A stretch of 64,000 nt of DNA, taken from positions 1 through 64,000 of the IMG/VR virus record IMGVR_UViG_2636415703_000001; one strand, given 5' to 3'. This DNA comes from a virus (taxonomy: Duplodnaviria > Caudoviricetes). A model generated the notes under the pieces. The model was not told where the DNA came from, searched no databases, and worked only from the letters and a program-made list of their open reading frames with translations. Position numbers and translations under genes: made by a program. Of the stretch, positions 18,240 through 27,799 are shown in pieces. The first letter of the stretch is position 1; each line of letters begins with the position of its first letter.

Positions 18240-18539
18240 TTACAGTAGTTTCAGCGCCGTTACGGCTATGGCGGCGACAACGACAATCATCAGTACATTC
18301 AGCAGTACAGACGGCACTTTAATTTCGCCGGTCTCATACTCTGCCTGCGTCATCCTGCCCAGGTAGCTGTGTGAGATCAGCACTGCGTTTTCGTCAAAGC
18401 TCAGCGTAGCCCGAACGTTCTCCAGCGCCTGGCGAGATATCTGACGTGTGGCCAGCTGCACGACTCCGGATCGCATCTTCCCGTTGTCGCCCATGTAGCA
18501 GACCGTATGGTAGTGGTATGGCTTACCCTGCCCCATCAA
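18240..18539 (-). CDS. Phage protein with C-terminal TM helix
   Basis: SYLGRMT motif, hydrophobic C-terminus; overlaps upstream stop. Confidence 0.6.
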   Translation of the reverse strand: MMGQGKPYHYHTVCYMGDNGKMRSGVVQLATRQISRQALENVRATLSFDENAVLISHSYLGRMTQAEYETGEIKVPSVLLNVLMIVVVAAIAVTALKLL

Positions 18540-19054
18540 CTGATAACTACCCAGTCGCTGACGCGCATATCGTTAATGCTCAGATCGTGTATCTCAACGC
18601 CGCCGTCCGGTCGGGTCAGCATCAGCACATCACAGCCTTCATGCTCCTGCTCCAGCGACACAAAGTATCCCGCCTCCCACGCTTCCCGGCGCATCAGCAA
18701 TTCTGGATCCTCTTTCATTTTCAGCAAGGCGCGGTCATAGCTGCACGTAATGGCACCGATTCCAATTTTGTTCAAACCTTCAATCTGTGCCGTAGTCATG
18801 CGTCCGCGTCCCTCTGTTAATGATTTTCTCAAGATGTAACTGATCCCCTTCACGCCGCCGAAATAGTTCAGCTGGCGGTTACTCATGCCGCTGCGCGACA
18901 TAAGCTCCTGCTTCGGTACTCTGAAAATGCCGACGTCCATAGCCATGTCGGCAAAAACCGAAAGCCCCCGGCCCAAGCCGTCACGCGTCTTTTTACGGCG
19001 CGCATACTGCTCAAAGGTCGGGCATCCGGTAAAAAACTGCGCGTCAAAAAGCAC
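18536..19054 (-). CDS. Protein with C-terminal DUF2829/Tad2-like domain (possible internal start 18799)
   Basis: SYDRALLKMK...MRREAW...NDMRVSDWVV. Confidence 0.6.
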   Translation of the reverse strand: MLFDAQFFTGCPTFEQYARRKKTRDGLGRGLSVFADMAMDVGIFRVPKQELMSRSGMSNRQLNYFGGVKGISYILRKSLTEGRGRMTTAQIEGLNKIGIGAITCSYDRALLKMKEDPELLMRREAWEAGYFVSLEQEHEGCDVLMLTRPDGGVEIHDLSINDMRVSDWVVIS

Positions 19055-19645
19055 TTATTCGCTCCAGAAAACGTCATTCTCATGCGCGGGCATTACTTCG
19101 CCTGCTTTGAGAACTGAGTATTGCTCTATCACGCTGATCGTCTCTTCAGGTGAAAATGATAAAAGAACGTAATACCCCTGCGCTTTCAGGCGACGCAACC
19201 ACGTCAGCTGATACTCAGAAGGCACATTCTTACCGTGTTTCTGCTCTACCCGCATTCCGTGATAGATGCCTGCCGGTATTTCCAAGGACATATCCGGAAC
19301 GCCCCGCTTTGCGCCTTCAGCCTCGATCGCTGCGGCGGTCGTCTTTAAGCGAAATCCTCCGTTTGGTACGGCATACAGATGGTCATAAATAACCCTGTTG
19401 TGACGGTAAAAATGGTCAAAGATTCGAACCTGATCGTAATGCTCTTGCTTGCCTTTGCGCAGATCGGGATTTTTGACGAGAGCGGCCAGCGCTTTTGCGT
19501 GAACCGATATTTCAATAACTGCCGCTAACCAGGCAGAGGCTTTGCCGGATTTTACCGACGCTCCGCCAGCAGATTTATCAGCTGCTTTGGTGCGGGTTTT
19601 TTGGTTTTTTTTATAGGAGTGCAACCACTCTTCACTGAAGCGCAT
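19055..19645 (-). CDS. lxr: VRR-NUC nuclease domain protein (P1 Lxr-like)
   Basis: EHYDQ, AVPNGG, EGAKRGVPD, GMRVEQK, SEYQLTW motifs. Confidence 0.75.
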   Translation of the reverse strand: MRFSEEWLHSYKKNQKTRTKAADKSAGGASVKSGKASAWLAAVIEISVHAKALAALVKNPDLRKGKQEHYDQVRIFDHFYRHNRVIYDHLYAVPNGGFRLKTTAAAIEAEGAKRGVPDMSLEIPAGIYHGMRVEQKHGKNVPSEYQLTWLRRLKAQGYYVLLSFSPEETISVIEQYSVLKAGEVMPAHENDVFWSE

Positions 19646-19723
19646 ATCCGAAATCGCCAACCGATGATTAATTAGTCTAAAAGGTGGATCTGCGTTGGGG
19701 GGGTATTTTTAACGCTGAGACGG

Positions 19724-19772
19724 GAAAAAACAAGCCTGTAATCTACATCTTTGAAAGATAGTTATTACAGGC
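19724..19772 (-). terminator. Terminator after 54-aa peptide gene
   Basis: GCCTGTAAT...ATTACAGGC stem followed by TTGTTTTTTT. Confidence 0.55.
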
Positions 19773-19782
19773 AGTTATCATT

Positions 19783-19947
19783 TTACTGGTGGGCCATCCA
19801 CATGAGCGCCAGGGTATAAACGATACCGAGCGTACTGAAGCAAAGCACGAAGAACCTGCCGATCACATTAGAAAAAGACGTGGCTTTTGCCGAAACAGCC
19901 TTGTTTGAGGTGGCATTAACAAAATCACGCTGCGCTAAATTATTCAT
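19783..19947 (-). CDS. 54-aa peptide with C-terminal TM helix
   Basis: Manual translation MNNLAQRDFVNATSNKAVSAKATSFSNVIGRFFVLCFSTLGIVYTLALMWMAHQ; AGAG SD. Confidence 0.6.
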   Translation of the reverse strand: MNNLAQRDFVNATSNKAVSAKATSFSNVIGRFFVLCFSTLGIVYTLALMWMAHQ

Positions 19948-19959
19948 GGTATATTCTCT

Positions 19960-20038
19960 TTGTTAGGTGCAGGGGTGTACGTCGCCAAACTGAACCCCTG
20001 CAAAGTGAAAGCCCGGCCTTATGGTCGGGCTTTTTCTT
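19960..20038 (+). ncRNA. Putative cis-antisense RNA
   Basis: TGGTATATT extended -10; TGCAGGGG..CGCCAAA..CCCCTGCA hairpin; terminator AAAGCCCGGCC-TTAT-GGTCGGGCTTTTT. Confidence 0.5.
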
Positions 20039-20101
20039 TGTCGCCGCCTTAGCTGCTTAATGCAATCTAAGGGTTTTCTAATTTAACATAAATTAAAAAC
20101 A

Positions 20102-20383
20102 CTACTTTTCGTCACTTTTCACCTGCGACAAGGCTTCACCGGCATTTTTGAGCCGATTTAACGCGTCCTGCAGTGCGGAAATCCAGCTGCTTTTATCCAG
20201 TTCCCGTACCCGCTTAACTCTCTCCTGTGTATAGGGATTAATCACCCAAACCCATGCTTCATGATCCTGGCGATTGCGCATTGTAAATACCCCGGTTGGG
20301 GGGTAAAAATTCAGCTCAGCACCATTGGCATAGGCATAGGCTTCCAGTTCCTCCAGCTTAAGGTACTTGTTCTCTCGCGGCAC
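20102..20383 (-). CDS. lxc: Lxc (Bof)-like C1 corepressor
   Basis: Synteny darB-ulx-lxc; weak similarity (VREL..SSW). Confidence 0.6.
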   Translation of the reverse strand: MPRENKYLKLEELEAYAYANGAELNFYPPTGVFTMRNRQDHEAWVWVINPYTQERVKRVRELDKSSWISALQDALNRLKNAGEALSQVKSDEK

Positions 20384-20391
20384 GGTGTCTC

Positions 20392-20820
20392 CTAAAATCT
20401 TCTTTTCTCTATGGATTCATCATAGCTGACGTACATGTAAGGTTCAGTATCATCCGCCGAAGGTGTCACGGGAAGCAGATGTACCGCGCTGAATACGGCA
20501 TCGTTTTCGGTACGGTCGTCAGCGTACAGGTGCGCAGCTATGACCGTAAGAGCGGGACGTGAAAGCGAGTATATTTCAGCTACATCGCTTTCGACTACCT
20601 GCCCAAATTGAGTAGTAGCATGTTCCAGCAATAACGTTTTGACGGCTGGCCACCACGGACCAAATGCCCGGTAAGCAAACCTCGCACTGCTGACGCGTTT
20701 TACTAAATTTTCCAGATAGTTTACTAAAAACGCCTCTTCGGTTCGCCCGTCCAGCGCCAGCGGTAGCAGGCTCTCGATGTAGGTTTCGGTTGGCTTGATG
20801 GTATCAATGAGTGTCGTCAT
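20392..20820 (-). CDS. ulx: Ulx, DarB packaging helper
   Basis: DTIKP..Y, YRAFGPWWP, RPALTVIAA.LY, HLLPV match recalled P1 Ulx. Confidence 0.85.
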   Translation of the reverse strand: MTTLIDTIKPTETYIESLLPLALDGRTEEAFLVNYLENLVKRVSSARFAYRAFGPWWPAVKTLLLEHATTQFGQVVESDVAEIYSLSRPALTVIAAHLYADDRTENDAVFSAVHLLPVTPSADDTEPYMYVSYDESIEKRRF

Positions 20821-20850
20821 ATTTGACGGCCCTTGCGGGCCGCTCCTGAA

Positions 20851-23800
20851 TTATGCGTTTACAATATCGGCGCGCAGCGCATCGAGATCGTGAGAGGAAG
20901 GGATTAGCCATGCGGCCTGTGTGAACTCATTACCGGCGACAGGATCCTCTTCGAAGTTCCAGAATTTTGCGCCGTACTTCTCTTTGATCAGGTCACGCAC
21001 CTGCTTACGCTTCAGTACCGGCTTATCGCTGGTATCCATCAGGACATAAGCGCCACCTGCCGGGAAGTCGATTTTAAAGGTACGGTTTCGCCACTTACGC
21101 GAAGCAACCAGCTCCAGCTCGTTTTTCATGACCTGGAAGCCATCGGACTGCTTCTGTACCTGAACGGTGCGTACTGTCGTTGCCGCGGCCGCTGCGAGTC
21201 TGCTGGCCTCTTCACGGCGGGCCTTCACAACGTCTGGCGACAGCTTGCCGGTTATCAGCGCTTTGTAGTCATCCCACGTCATCGCGTACTCCCGGTATTC
21301 GCCCTTCTCCATCCGCTCCAGCCACGCATAAACCATCGTCAGCTGCTGCTTGATAGCATTGGATGATGCGAATGTTTCCACACTAATTCCGGCATCATCG
21401 AGCGCGCCCAGTGTTGCGCCGGCGTGTAGATAAATTGCAGCCGGTGACTCTGCAACGGTCGCAGCCCGGTCAACGTCACTGAAAGCGTCAAACTTCGACT
21501 TTACAAGCAGCACAGCAATACCGGCCTGGCTGTCGCTTTCGCTCATCTGGCGGAACTGCTGCAGCGCGGCGGCGGCATACTGCTCTGTCAGTGATCTGAC
21601 AGCCTGTACCTTGCCGTCTGCCATCTCGTTACGCAGCTGATCGAACATACCTTCGTACTCATGACGGTTAGAGAAGCCCTCCATGCCGTTACGGAACTGG
21701 CGAAGACTGATAACGTTGCTCCAGTAGTAACGGTCCTGCGCCGAACCCAGGAAGGCGGCATGTGCCTCTTCATCGTTCGCGCCGGTCACTGTCCGCTTTT
21801 TAGAGTCGTTCGCTTCGAAGTCGGCCACCAGCCGTTTGAAGACTTTAACCACGTCCGCCATGCCCGCTTGCTTCCCGTAAGCCTGCAATGCGGTATCGTA
21901 ATTACGGCCAAACATTGCCTTAAAGAAGCCCTGCGCGCTGTAGATGTTGTTATCGACGCTGTACTGGTAAAGCTCACGCTTCAGCTGTTCGTCGCTATGG
22001 TCAGGATACAGCCACGTTTCGGCCGGTCGCTCTTCGCTGGCGCTGATCGCGCCGCCCAGGTAAGCCAGTTTCAGCCTGCCGTCATTGTCGCGGTACAGCC
22101 ACCCGTCTGTGCGCACATTCAAAACGCCCGCGTGAATAGCAGCGTAGAAGTCAGCGCGGCTCAGCGTGTACGCCAGCTCTGTTGGTTCAATGCCCCGTGC
22201 AGCCTTCTGAAGTGCTTTAGCCTGGTCAGTGGTGATATCCACGCGATCGCCCACCAGCGCGGACGGCATTTCTGCAAAGCCACCGATGTTCGGACCGGTA
22301 TAGCAGCGCAGTGGCTTATGGATCAGCTCAACCTCAACCGTATTTTTCTCCGGGAAGAATTTACGGATCTGGAATACGCCCTTATCGTGTTTGTCGTCAT
22401 TCATCCAGATTTCATAGCACGCTCCAATTCGTACCAGCTGGCCGTCGGGCAGCTTCATGTACTGCTCCGGGGCGCGCAGCACGTCCGGATCGACTTCCAG
22501 CACACCGGACTTAATTGCACGTTCCACTTCCCCGCGGGAGCGTTTGATAGTGCTGGCGGCGCTTTTAGAGCGCATCAGCGCCTTACGTGCGCCGCCCAGA
22601 TCCTGCTCCAGCTTCTTTTGCTTCGCCAGGCCTGCACGCAATTCAGCGCGCGCTACACGACGATCCTGACCGCGCCACTGATCCGCTGACCGTTTGCCAT
22701 ACTGCGCGACTTCGCGGTTATAGGCGGCTTCTGCGTCGCTTACGTTCTCACGCAGACCGTCAATGTCCCCGCTGATTGCGTCAAACTCGGCTGTAAGTCG
22801 GGTTATATCTGCCTCCAGCACGTCAGCAGGAGTCGCGGCGGCGACGCTTGCCTTCAGGTAGATATCCAGCTCGGCAGCGGCTTCACGCTCGGCCTGCTGA
22901 CGCTCGGCTTCACGCTTCGCTTTCAGCTGTGCATCCACGCGGGCGCGGCGCTCTTCCGGGTTAGCGGCCAGCAGTAGGCTTTGCTCCTCTTTCGACTCCA
23001 CATCGCCGTTCTTGATGCTGGATACATCGGACTTCATGACGTCGTTGATCCAGTTTTTCTTACGCTGCAGCGTCTCCAGACGGAACTCGTCAAATGACCC
23101 TTTGCCGCAGTAGTAATGCACGCGCATGGTGTCGCGCTCGGAGCCCACGCGGGCGCCGCGGCCGTTACGCTGATCGATGCTGGCAGGCGTCCAGGGTAGT
23201 GTCAGATGGTGCGTATCGGCGGTGCCTTTGTGCAGGTTAATCCCCACTTCGGCCTTTTTGTTGCAGATGATGATCGGCGTGCGGCCTTCGTTGTAGTCGG
23301 CAGCAATGCCTTCCATTCCGGCCAGAGAGGCGTCGCTCAGCGCGGCCTGATAATCTTCATAGCGCGCCAGATCCTGATAGTACTTATCCCATGCGCCATC
23401 TTTGAAACTGCCGTCCGCTTTTTCCACCGGCTCCACCGGCTGCTTAACGGGCTTCACCTTCACGCCGGACGCTTTACTGACTGTCGTGGCGTTGATAATA
23501 CCGATCTGCTGCTCCGTCAGACCCAGGGCGCTGGCGATAATGCGGCGCAGCTTATTGTGCTGGGACTTTTCATCCATGAAGATGATTTGCTTGCCATCCG
23601 GCAGGCCTGCTTTCAGGTTCTCAATCAGCGCGGCATATTTTGGCGGTACTGGGTGCGAGACGTTCTCCATACTGATACCGGCAGCGGCGATCGCGTTCAA
23701 TACCTGCTGCTCCAGCGTGTCGCTCACCACCAACTCTATGACGCCCCCGCGATTCTTCAGCGTGGTTTTGACTACCTTGCTGGTGCGCGTGTCGGCCAGG

Positions 23801-26800
23801 CCGGTTTCCGCATCCTCAGCTGTCTCTTCTTCGTCACCTGCAAGCAGCTGGCCACCGGCCTCGCCAGGCAGCGCACGCGCCACCTGTTTAGCGAGCTCCA
23901 AATCCTCTTCACGGAAACGGAAAGTTATAGCAGAGCGGTACAGGTCCGGATCGATTACCACCTTATCCATGTCGCGGATCACGGAGAAAATGAAATCGTC
24001 GTCGTTCTGAACGATTAACATGGTGCCATCACCATTGTCTTGCAGGGATTCCTTCTGCCCGATACGGCTGGCGCGCTGGCGCAGCTCTTCATACAGCTCT
24101 TTCTGATCGCGGGTCATCGGAACGCCCACGGTTTTCTCGTCGAGGCCTGGAATCTTCACGCTGTCTTTTACATCAGCAGCGGATTTGAGCGTCGTCCAGC
24201 GATGGAAGATACCGCGCAGACCGTCCAGGTTTTTGAAGCCCACCAGCCCCTGCTTGTCCTCCAGTTCGCCGGAAATCTTCTGTACGGTTACGGACTCGGT
24301 TTCACCAAATACCCGCACGAAATCATCCGGCGTCAGGATCCCCATCGCCTTCCACTCATCCAGCGACACGACGTGTGACAGCATGTTAAAGGCGTCAATC
24401 GGGGAGTTAACCAGCGGCGTTGCGGTCAGCATAACGACGCCGCGGCCGTTGTACTTTTTCATCATGTACTGGCTTTTTACGGCCATATCACGGGCAATCT
24501 TAGAGACTGACGGATTCGGCAGGTAAGCCAGCTGGCCCGCCTCGCGTCCGGCGCTGTGCGAGTTACGGTAGTTATGCCCCTCATCCGCGATCACGCTGTC
24601 AAAGTGCATATCCTCAAAGTAAGGGATCTGGCTCTTTTTCTTCGTGCCGGTATCAGCGGCTTTATCGCGGAGTTTGTTACGGGACGTGGCGGCGCGGTGC
24701 GTGGACTTCATCAGGTCCGTGCGGCCATTCTCAATTTGGTTGAAGACTGCCTGGCTGGAGTTTTCCTCGATCGTCTCCGGGCGCATCGGGATATCACCAA
24801 ACTGCTCTTTGGTCATTACCACGGCACGGTAGTTGGAAACCGGGATCATGTTCATGCGCTCAAGCACCGTTGCGGCCGCGGACTCTTTCACGACATTACG
24901 CATCACCGGCTGGCCGTCTTTGTCCAGTTTCGGCTCGTTGTTTTCGTCACGCTCCTGGGCCTGCATGATCTGGCCATCTTCGCCGCGCACTTCGTCCAGC
25001 CCGACAAACAGGATGTTCTGGAAGGCTTCGGCACTGTAGAAACTCTGGGCTTCGTGATACCAGTTTTGAAGGACCGCTTTTGGCACAACGTAGACAGTTC
25101 GTTTACTGCGCCCCACCTCGTAGTTATAGGCTTCCAGCGCCAGTGCCGTCGTGGTTTTACCCAGCCCCGTACCAAAGCCCATGATGCCGCGGCCGTCTTC
25201 CGACAGGCGCCGGACTTCCGCATTCTGATAACTCAGAGGAATACGTTTACCGCTGATCTGCTGCAGCTGGAGAGAGGAAGACGAATGCTCAAACGGAACG
25301 TAGCCGTTAAAGGCGTCGTTATAGTCGCTGACGACGGTTTCCACGTCAGGATGGGTGCGCAGCCAGTCGTTAAAGTGCGACTCCAGATCGCTGATACGCT
25401 TCAGATAAGCGTTAGCGTGGACGCCTCGCGGCTTCACGCCGTTAAGGTAGTTTTCCAGCTGGTTATAGAAGCCGTCTTTGTAGCTGGCGCGCTTAAACTC
25501 AGTTACACCCGCTTTACTGGTGACAGAGCGGACTTGATAGCCAGAGAAAACGCCGTCTTTACCCGCGTAGTTGTCTTCTGCCGTCAGATACCCGTTATCA
25601 TTTTCCAGATCCTGGGTGTATTTGAAGTCATCAAAGCCCTGTTCGATCAGAAACTCTTTGATCAGTCGGCGGTCCAGCCAGCGGGCATTGAGGTTAACCG
25701 TAATGTCTTCGATCGGCGTGTGCTTACGCTTCTCGTTAATGGCTTCCAGCTGGCGGACATAGTTCGCCTTTAACGGGCCATCCGGGGCGTCGTCAATCAG
25801 CCCTGCAAGGCGGGAGACTTTGCCCCGCACGTTGCCGCTGGTGGCGCGGGCCAGCGGCATGATGTTGCCGTTGCCATCGAGGGCGATCTCCGGGAAGGTC
25901 GCCAGGTGCGCCAGCAGCGCCTCGTCATCCTCCGGTAGCTGGCCGGTAAACGCGGCGCGAAAAGCGGCCAGCGCCACAGGAACCAGATCAACATCGCTGA
26001 AAAGGTGCGATACAACCTGCTCCGGGCTGGCGAAATCAACCGCTACGGCCTCGCTGCGGTCTATGGTGCCGTTCAGTAGCGCCGACAGATCGCCTTCCCG
26101 GCTGACGTTGGCCTGGAAACTCAGCCAGCCCTTCGCACTGGCGTCTGATAATCCCGCCAGCTTCAGGCCTTTCGGAGTGCCGTACTGGCTTACTTCCTCG
26201 CTCACCAGGCGGGCAGCGTCGGCAATGATGCCGCTGGCGTCGCCGCCCAGCATCTGCGTATTCAGCGCGTCGTTGATGCGCAGACCAATAATCGAGGCAC
26301 GCATAACGCGCCAGCGGTGGCCGGGTTTCTGCTGCATGGCGAAACGGATCGCGGCGTGAATGCGATCGTCAAACAGCTGCGGGTATTCCACGCTGGCGGC
26401 ATACAGGGCGCGGCTGTCCAGCGACAACATGCCGTTGATGGTGCGCGTTTTTGTCTGTAGTTCGCCAAACGTCGCCGCGCCGAACCGCTCCGCGTCGATC
26501 CCGCTTGATGCCGTGGTGGCGTCTTTAATAAAACGGGTGCCGTCATAGGTGTGCCAGCCCCCAGCCATGAGGCGCTTATCACCTTCAACAGGCGACTGCC
26601 AGACGGCGGCAGGCGTACCCAGCCGATCCCAGTCGATACGGCTGTCAAAGCGGCGCGACAGCGCGGCCTTCATTGCCGCATTCGTCAGCTGGCCATCTTT
26701 TTTCACCACCAGAATGTTGTTGAAGTCCGATCGCTCAGTTTCACCGTGAACAAAGCGACGGCCTTCGGTTTCGAACCACTTGCCACGGATGAACGTTGGC

Positions 26801-27720
26801 CACAGGACGCTTGCAGCCTCAAGTGACTGTTCATCGCTATCATGCACCAGCTGTGTCAGCGCCTCGGTATGTTTGCGCAGTACCCATACATCAACAACCG
26901 TTGCGGTACCGCTTTCCGCAAATGTGCCGGACGGCATGCGGTGCGCACCCAGGAACTCCGCCACGCGGGAAACGCGATCGCGCAGCTTTTTGTTATTGCC
27001 ACCGCCGTCGGTCATTCCGTTGGGAACCACCAGCACCACCAGCCCGCCATACTTCACCTTGTCGATGGTGCGCATAACAAAGTAATGCCCGACATTGGTT
27101 TCATCACGGTAAGCCGGGTCGAGCTCCGCAAAGCCAGTGCGCGAGTCGCCAAAAGGCACGTTGCCTACGGCATGGTCATAGCTGTTGTCCGGCACGGATG
27201 CCGCCAGCTTCTCAAACGCGCCCAGGCGGACATCATCCTCTGGGTGCAGCAGCTGGTTAATGCGTCCCGACGTGTCCGAAATCTCCGCCGACGTCATCAT
27301 TGCGCCGGCGGGCTTAGTCTCCTGGAATACGCCTGTACCTGCGGACGGCTCCAGCATGTGACCGCTGGTAATGCCGTAATCGGAAAACAGATCCCAGATA
27401 CCTTCTGCCATAAACGGCGGCGTGTAGTACTCATACTGACTTCCGCCGCTGCCTTCAAGACCGCCTTCACCGCTATAGCCCGCCAGCACCCGACGCTGAT
27501 CGTCGGTCAGTTTGTTGCCGTCGAAGCCCTGGGGCAATGAGTTAAGCAGCGCGATCGCATTGTCGTTTGCACTCCGGCGCTCACGCTGCAGGCTCACGCC
27601 TTCACGCTTGGTAACACCAAACGCTACTACGGTCCGCTGCTTATGCAGGCGCATGACCAGCCGGATCAGTTCCTCAACCGATCCCGCCTCCTGCACCGCC
27701 CTATTTGCTGGATTTTCCAC
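20851..27720 (-). CDS. darB: DarB antirestriction protein (N6-MTase plus SNF2 helicase)
   Basis: 2289 aa; LEPSAGTG, GNVPF, GTGLGKT, DEGH, TATP, QRNGRGAR. Confidence 0.95.
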   Translation of the reverse strand: MENPANRAVQEAGSVEELIRLVMRLHKQRTVVAFGVTKREGVSLQRERRSANDNAIALLNSLPQGFDGNKLTDDQRRVLAGYSGEGGLEGSGGSQYEYYTPPFMAEGIWDLFSDYGITSGHMLEPSAGTGVFQETKPAGAMMTSAEISDTSGRINQLLHPEDDVRLGAFEKLAASVPDNSYDHAVGNVPFGDSRTGFAELDPAYRDETNVGHYFVMRTIDKVKYGGLVVLVVPNGMTDGGGNNKKLRDRVSRVAEFLGAHRMPSGTFAESGTATVVDVWVLRKHTEALTQLVHDSDEQSLEAASVLWPTFIRGKWFETEGRRFVHGETERSDFNNILVVKKDGQLTNAAMKAALSRRFDSRIDWDRLGTPAAVWQSPVEGDKRLMAGGWHTYDGTRFIKDATTASSGIDAERFGAATFGELQTKTRTINGMLSLDSRALYAASVEYPQLFDDRIHAAIRFAMQQKPGHRWRVMRASIIGLRINDALNTQMLGGDASGIIADAARLVSEEVSQYGTPKGLKLAGLSDASAKGWLSFQANVSREGDLSALLNGTIDRSEAVAVDFASPEQVVSHLFSDVDLVPVALAAFRAAFTGQLPEDDEALLAHLATFPEIALDGNGNIMPLARATSGNVRGKVSRLAGLIDDAPDGPLKANYVRQLEAINEKRKHTPIEDITVNLNARWLDRRLIKEFLIEQGFDDFKYTQDLENDNGYLTAEDNYAGKDGVFSGYQVRSVTSKAGVTEFKRASYKDGFYNQLENYLNGVKPRGVHANAYLKRISDLESHFNDWLRTHPDVETVVSDYNDAFNGYVPFEHSSSSLQLQQISGKRIPLSYQNAEVRRLSEDGRGIMGFGTGLGKTTTALALEAYNYEVGRSKRTVYVVPKAVLQNWYHEAQSFYSAEAFQNILFVGLDEVRGEDGQIMQAQERDENNEPKLDKDGQPVMRNVVKESAAATVLERMNMIPVSNYRAVVMTKEQFGDIPMRPETIEENSSQAVFNQIENGRTDLMKSTHRAATSRNKLRDKAADTGTKKKSQIPYFEDMHFDSVIADEGHNYRNSHSAGREAGQLAYLPNPSVSKIARDMAVKSQYMMKKYNGRGVVMLTATPLVNSPIDAFNMLSHVVSLDEWKAMGILTPDDFVRVFGETESVTVQKISGELEDKQGLVGFKNLDGLRGIFHRWTTLKSAADVKDSVKIPGLDEKTVGVPMTRDQKELYEELRQRASRIGQKESLQDNGDGTMLIVQNDDDFIFSVIRDMDKVVIDPDLYRSAITFRFREEDLELAKQVARALPGEAGGQLLAGDEEETAEDAETGLADTRTSKVVKTTLKNRGGVIELVVSDTLEQQVLNAIAAAGISMENVSHPVPPKYAALIENLKAGLPDGKQIIFMDEKSQHNKLRRIIASALGLTEQQIGIINATTVSKASGVKVKPVKQPVEPVEKADGSFKDGAWDKYYQDLARYEDYQAALSDASLAGMEGIAADYNEGRTPIIICNKKAEVGINLHKGTADTHHLTLPWTPASIDQRNGRGARVGSERDTMRVHYYCGKGSFDEFRLETLQRKKNWINDVMKSDVSSIKNGDVESKEEQSLLLAANPEERRARVDAQLKAKREAERQQAEREAAAELDIYLKASVAAATPADVLEADITRLTAEFDAISGDIDGLRENVSDAEAAYNREVAQYGKRSADQWRGQDRRVARAELRAGLAKQKKLEQDLGGARKALMRSKSAASTIKRSRGEVERAIKSGVLEVDPDVLRAPEQYMKLPDGQLVRIGACYEIWMNDDKHDKGVFQIRKFFPEKNTVEVELIHKPLRCYTGPNIGGFAEMPSALVGDRVDITTDQAKALQKAARGIEPTELAYTLSRADFYAAIHAGVLNVRTDGWLYRDNDGRLKLAYLGGAISASEERPAETWLYPDHSDEQLKRELYQYSVDNNIYSAQGFFKAMFGRNYDTALQAYGKQAGMADVVKVFKRLVADFEANDSKKRTVTGANDEEAHAAFLGSAQDRYYWSNVISLRQFRNGMEGFSNRHEYEGMFDQLRNEMADGKVQAVRSLTEQYAAAALQQFRQMSESDSQAGIAVLLVKSKFDAFSDVDRAATVAESPAAIYLHAGATLGALDDAGISVETFASSNAIKQQLTMVYAWLERMEKGEYREYAMTWDDYKALITGKLSPDVVKARREEASRLAAAAATTVRTVQVQKQSDGFQVMKNELELVASRKWRNRTFKIDFPAGGAYVLMDTSDKPVLKRKQVRDLIKEKYGAKFWNFEEDPVAGNEFTQAAWLIPSSHDLDALRADIVNA

Positions 27721-27799
27721 TGTGTAACTTTTCCTCAGATTGCATAAAGCGGATATGCTTTATTTGATTCTAAAGGTTTATTAAATAGGGCGTATAACT

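Noticed and set aside
21661-27540. Long plus-strand ORFs (up to 405 aa) opposite darB, and similar ones opposite structural genes
   Set aside because: Antisense shadow frames of GC-rich coding sequence
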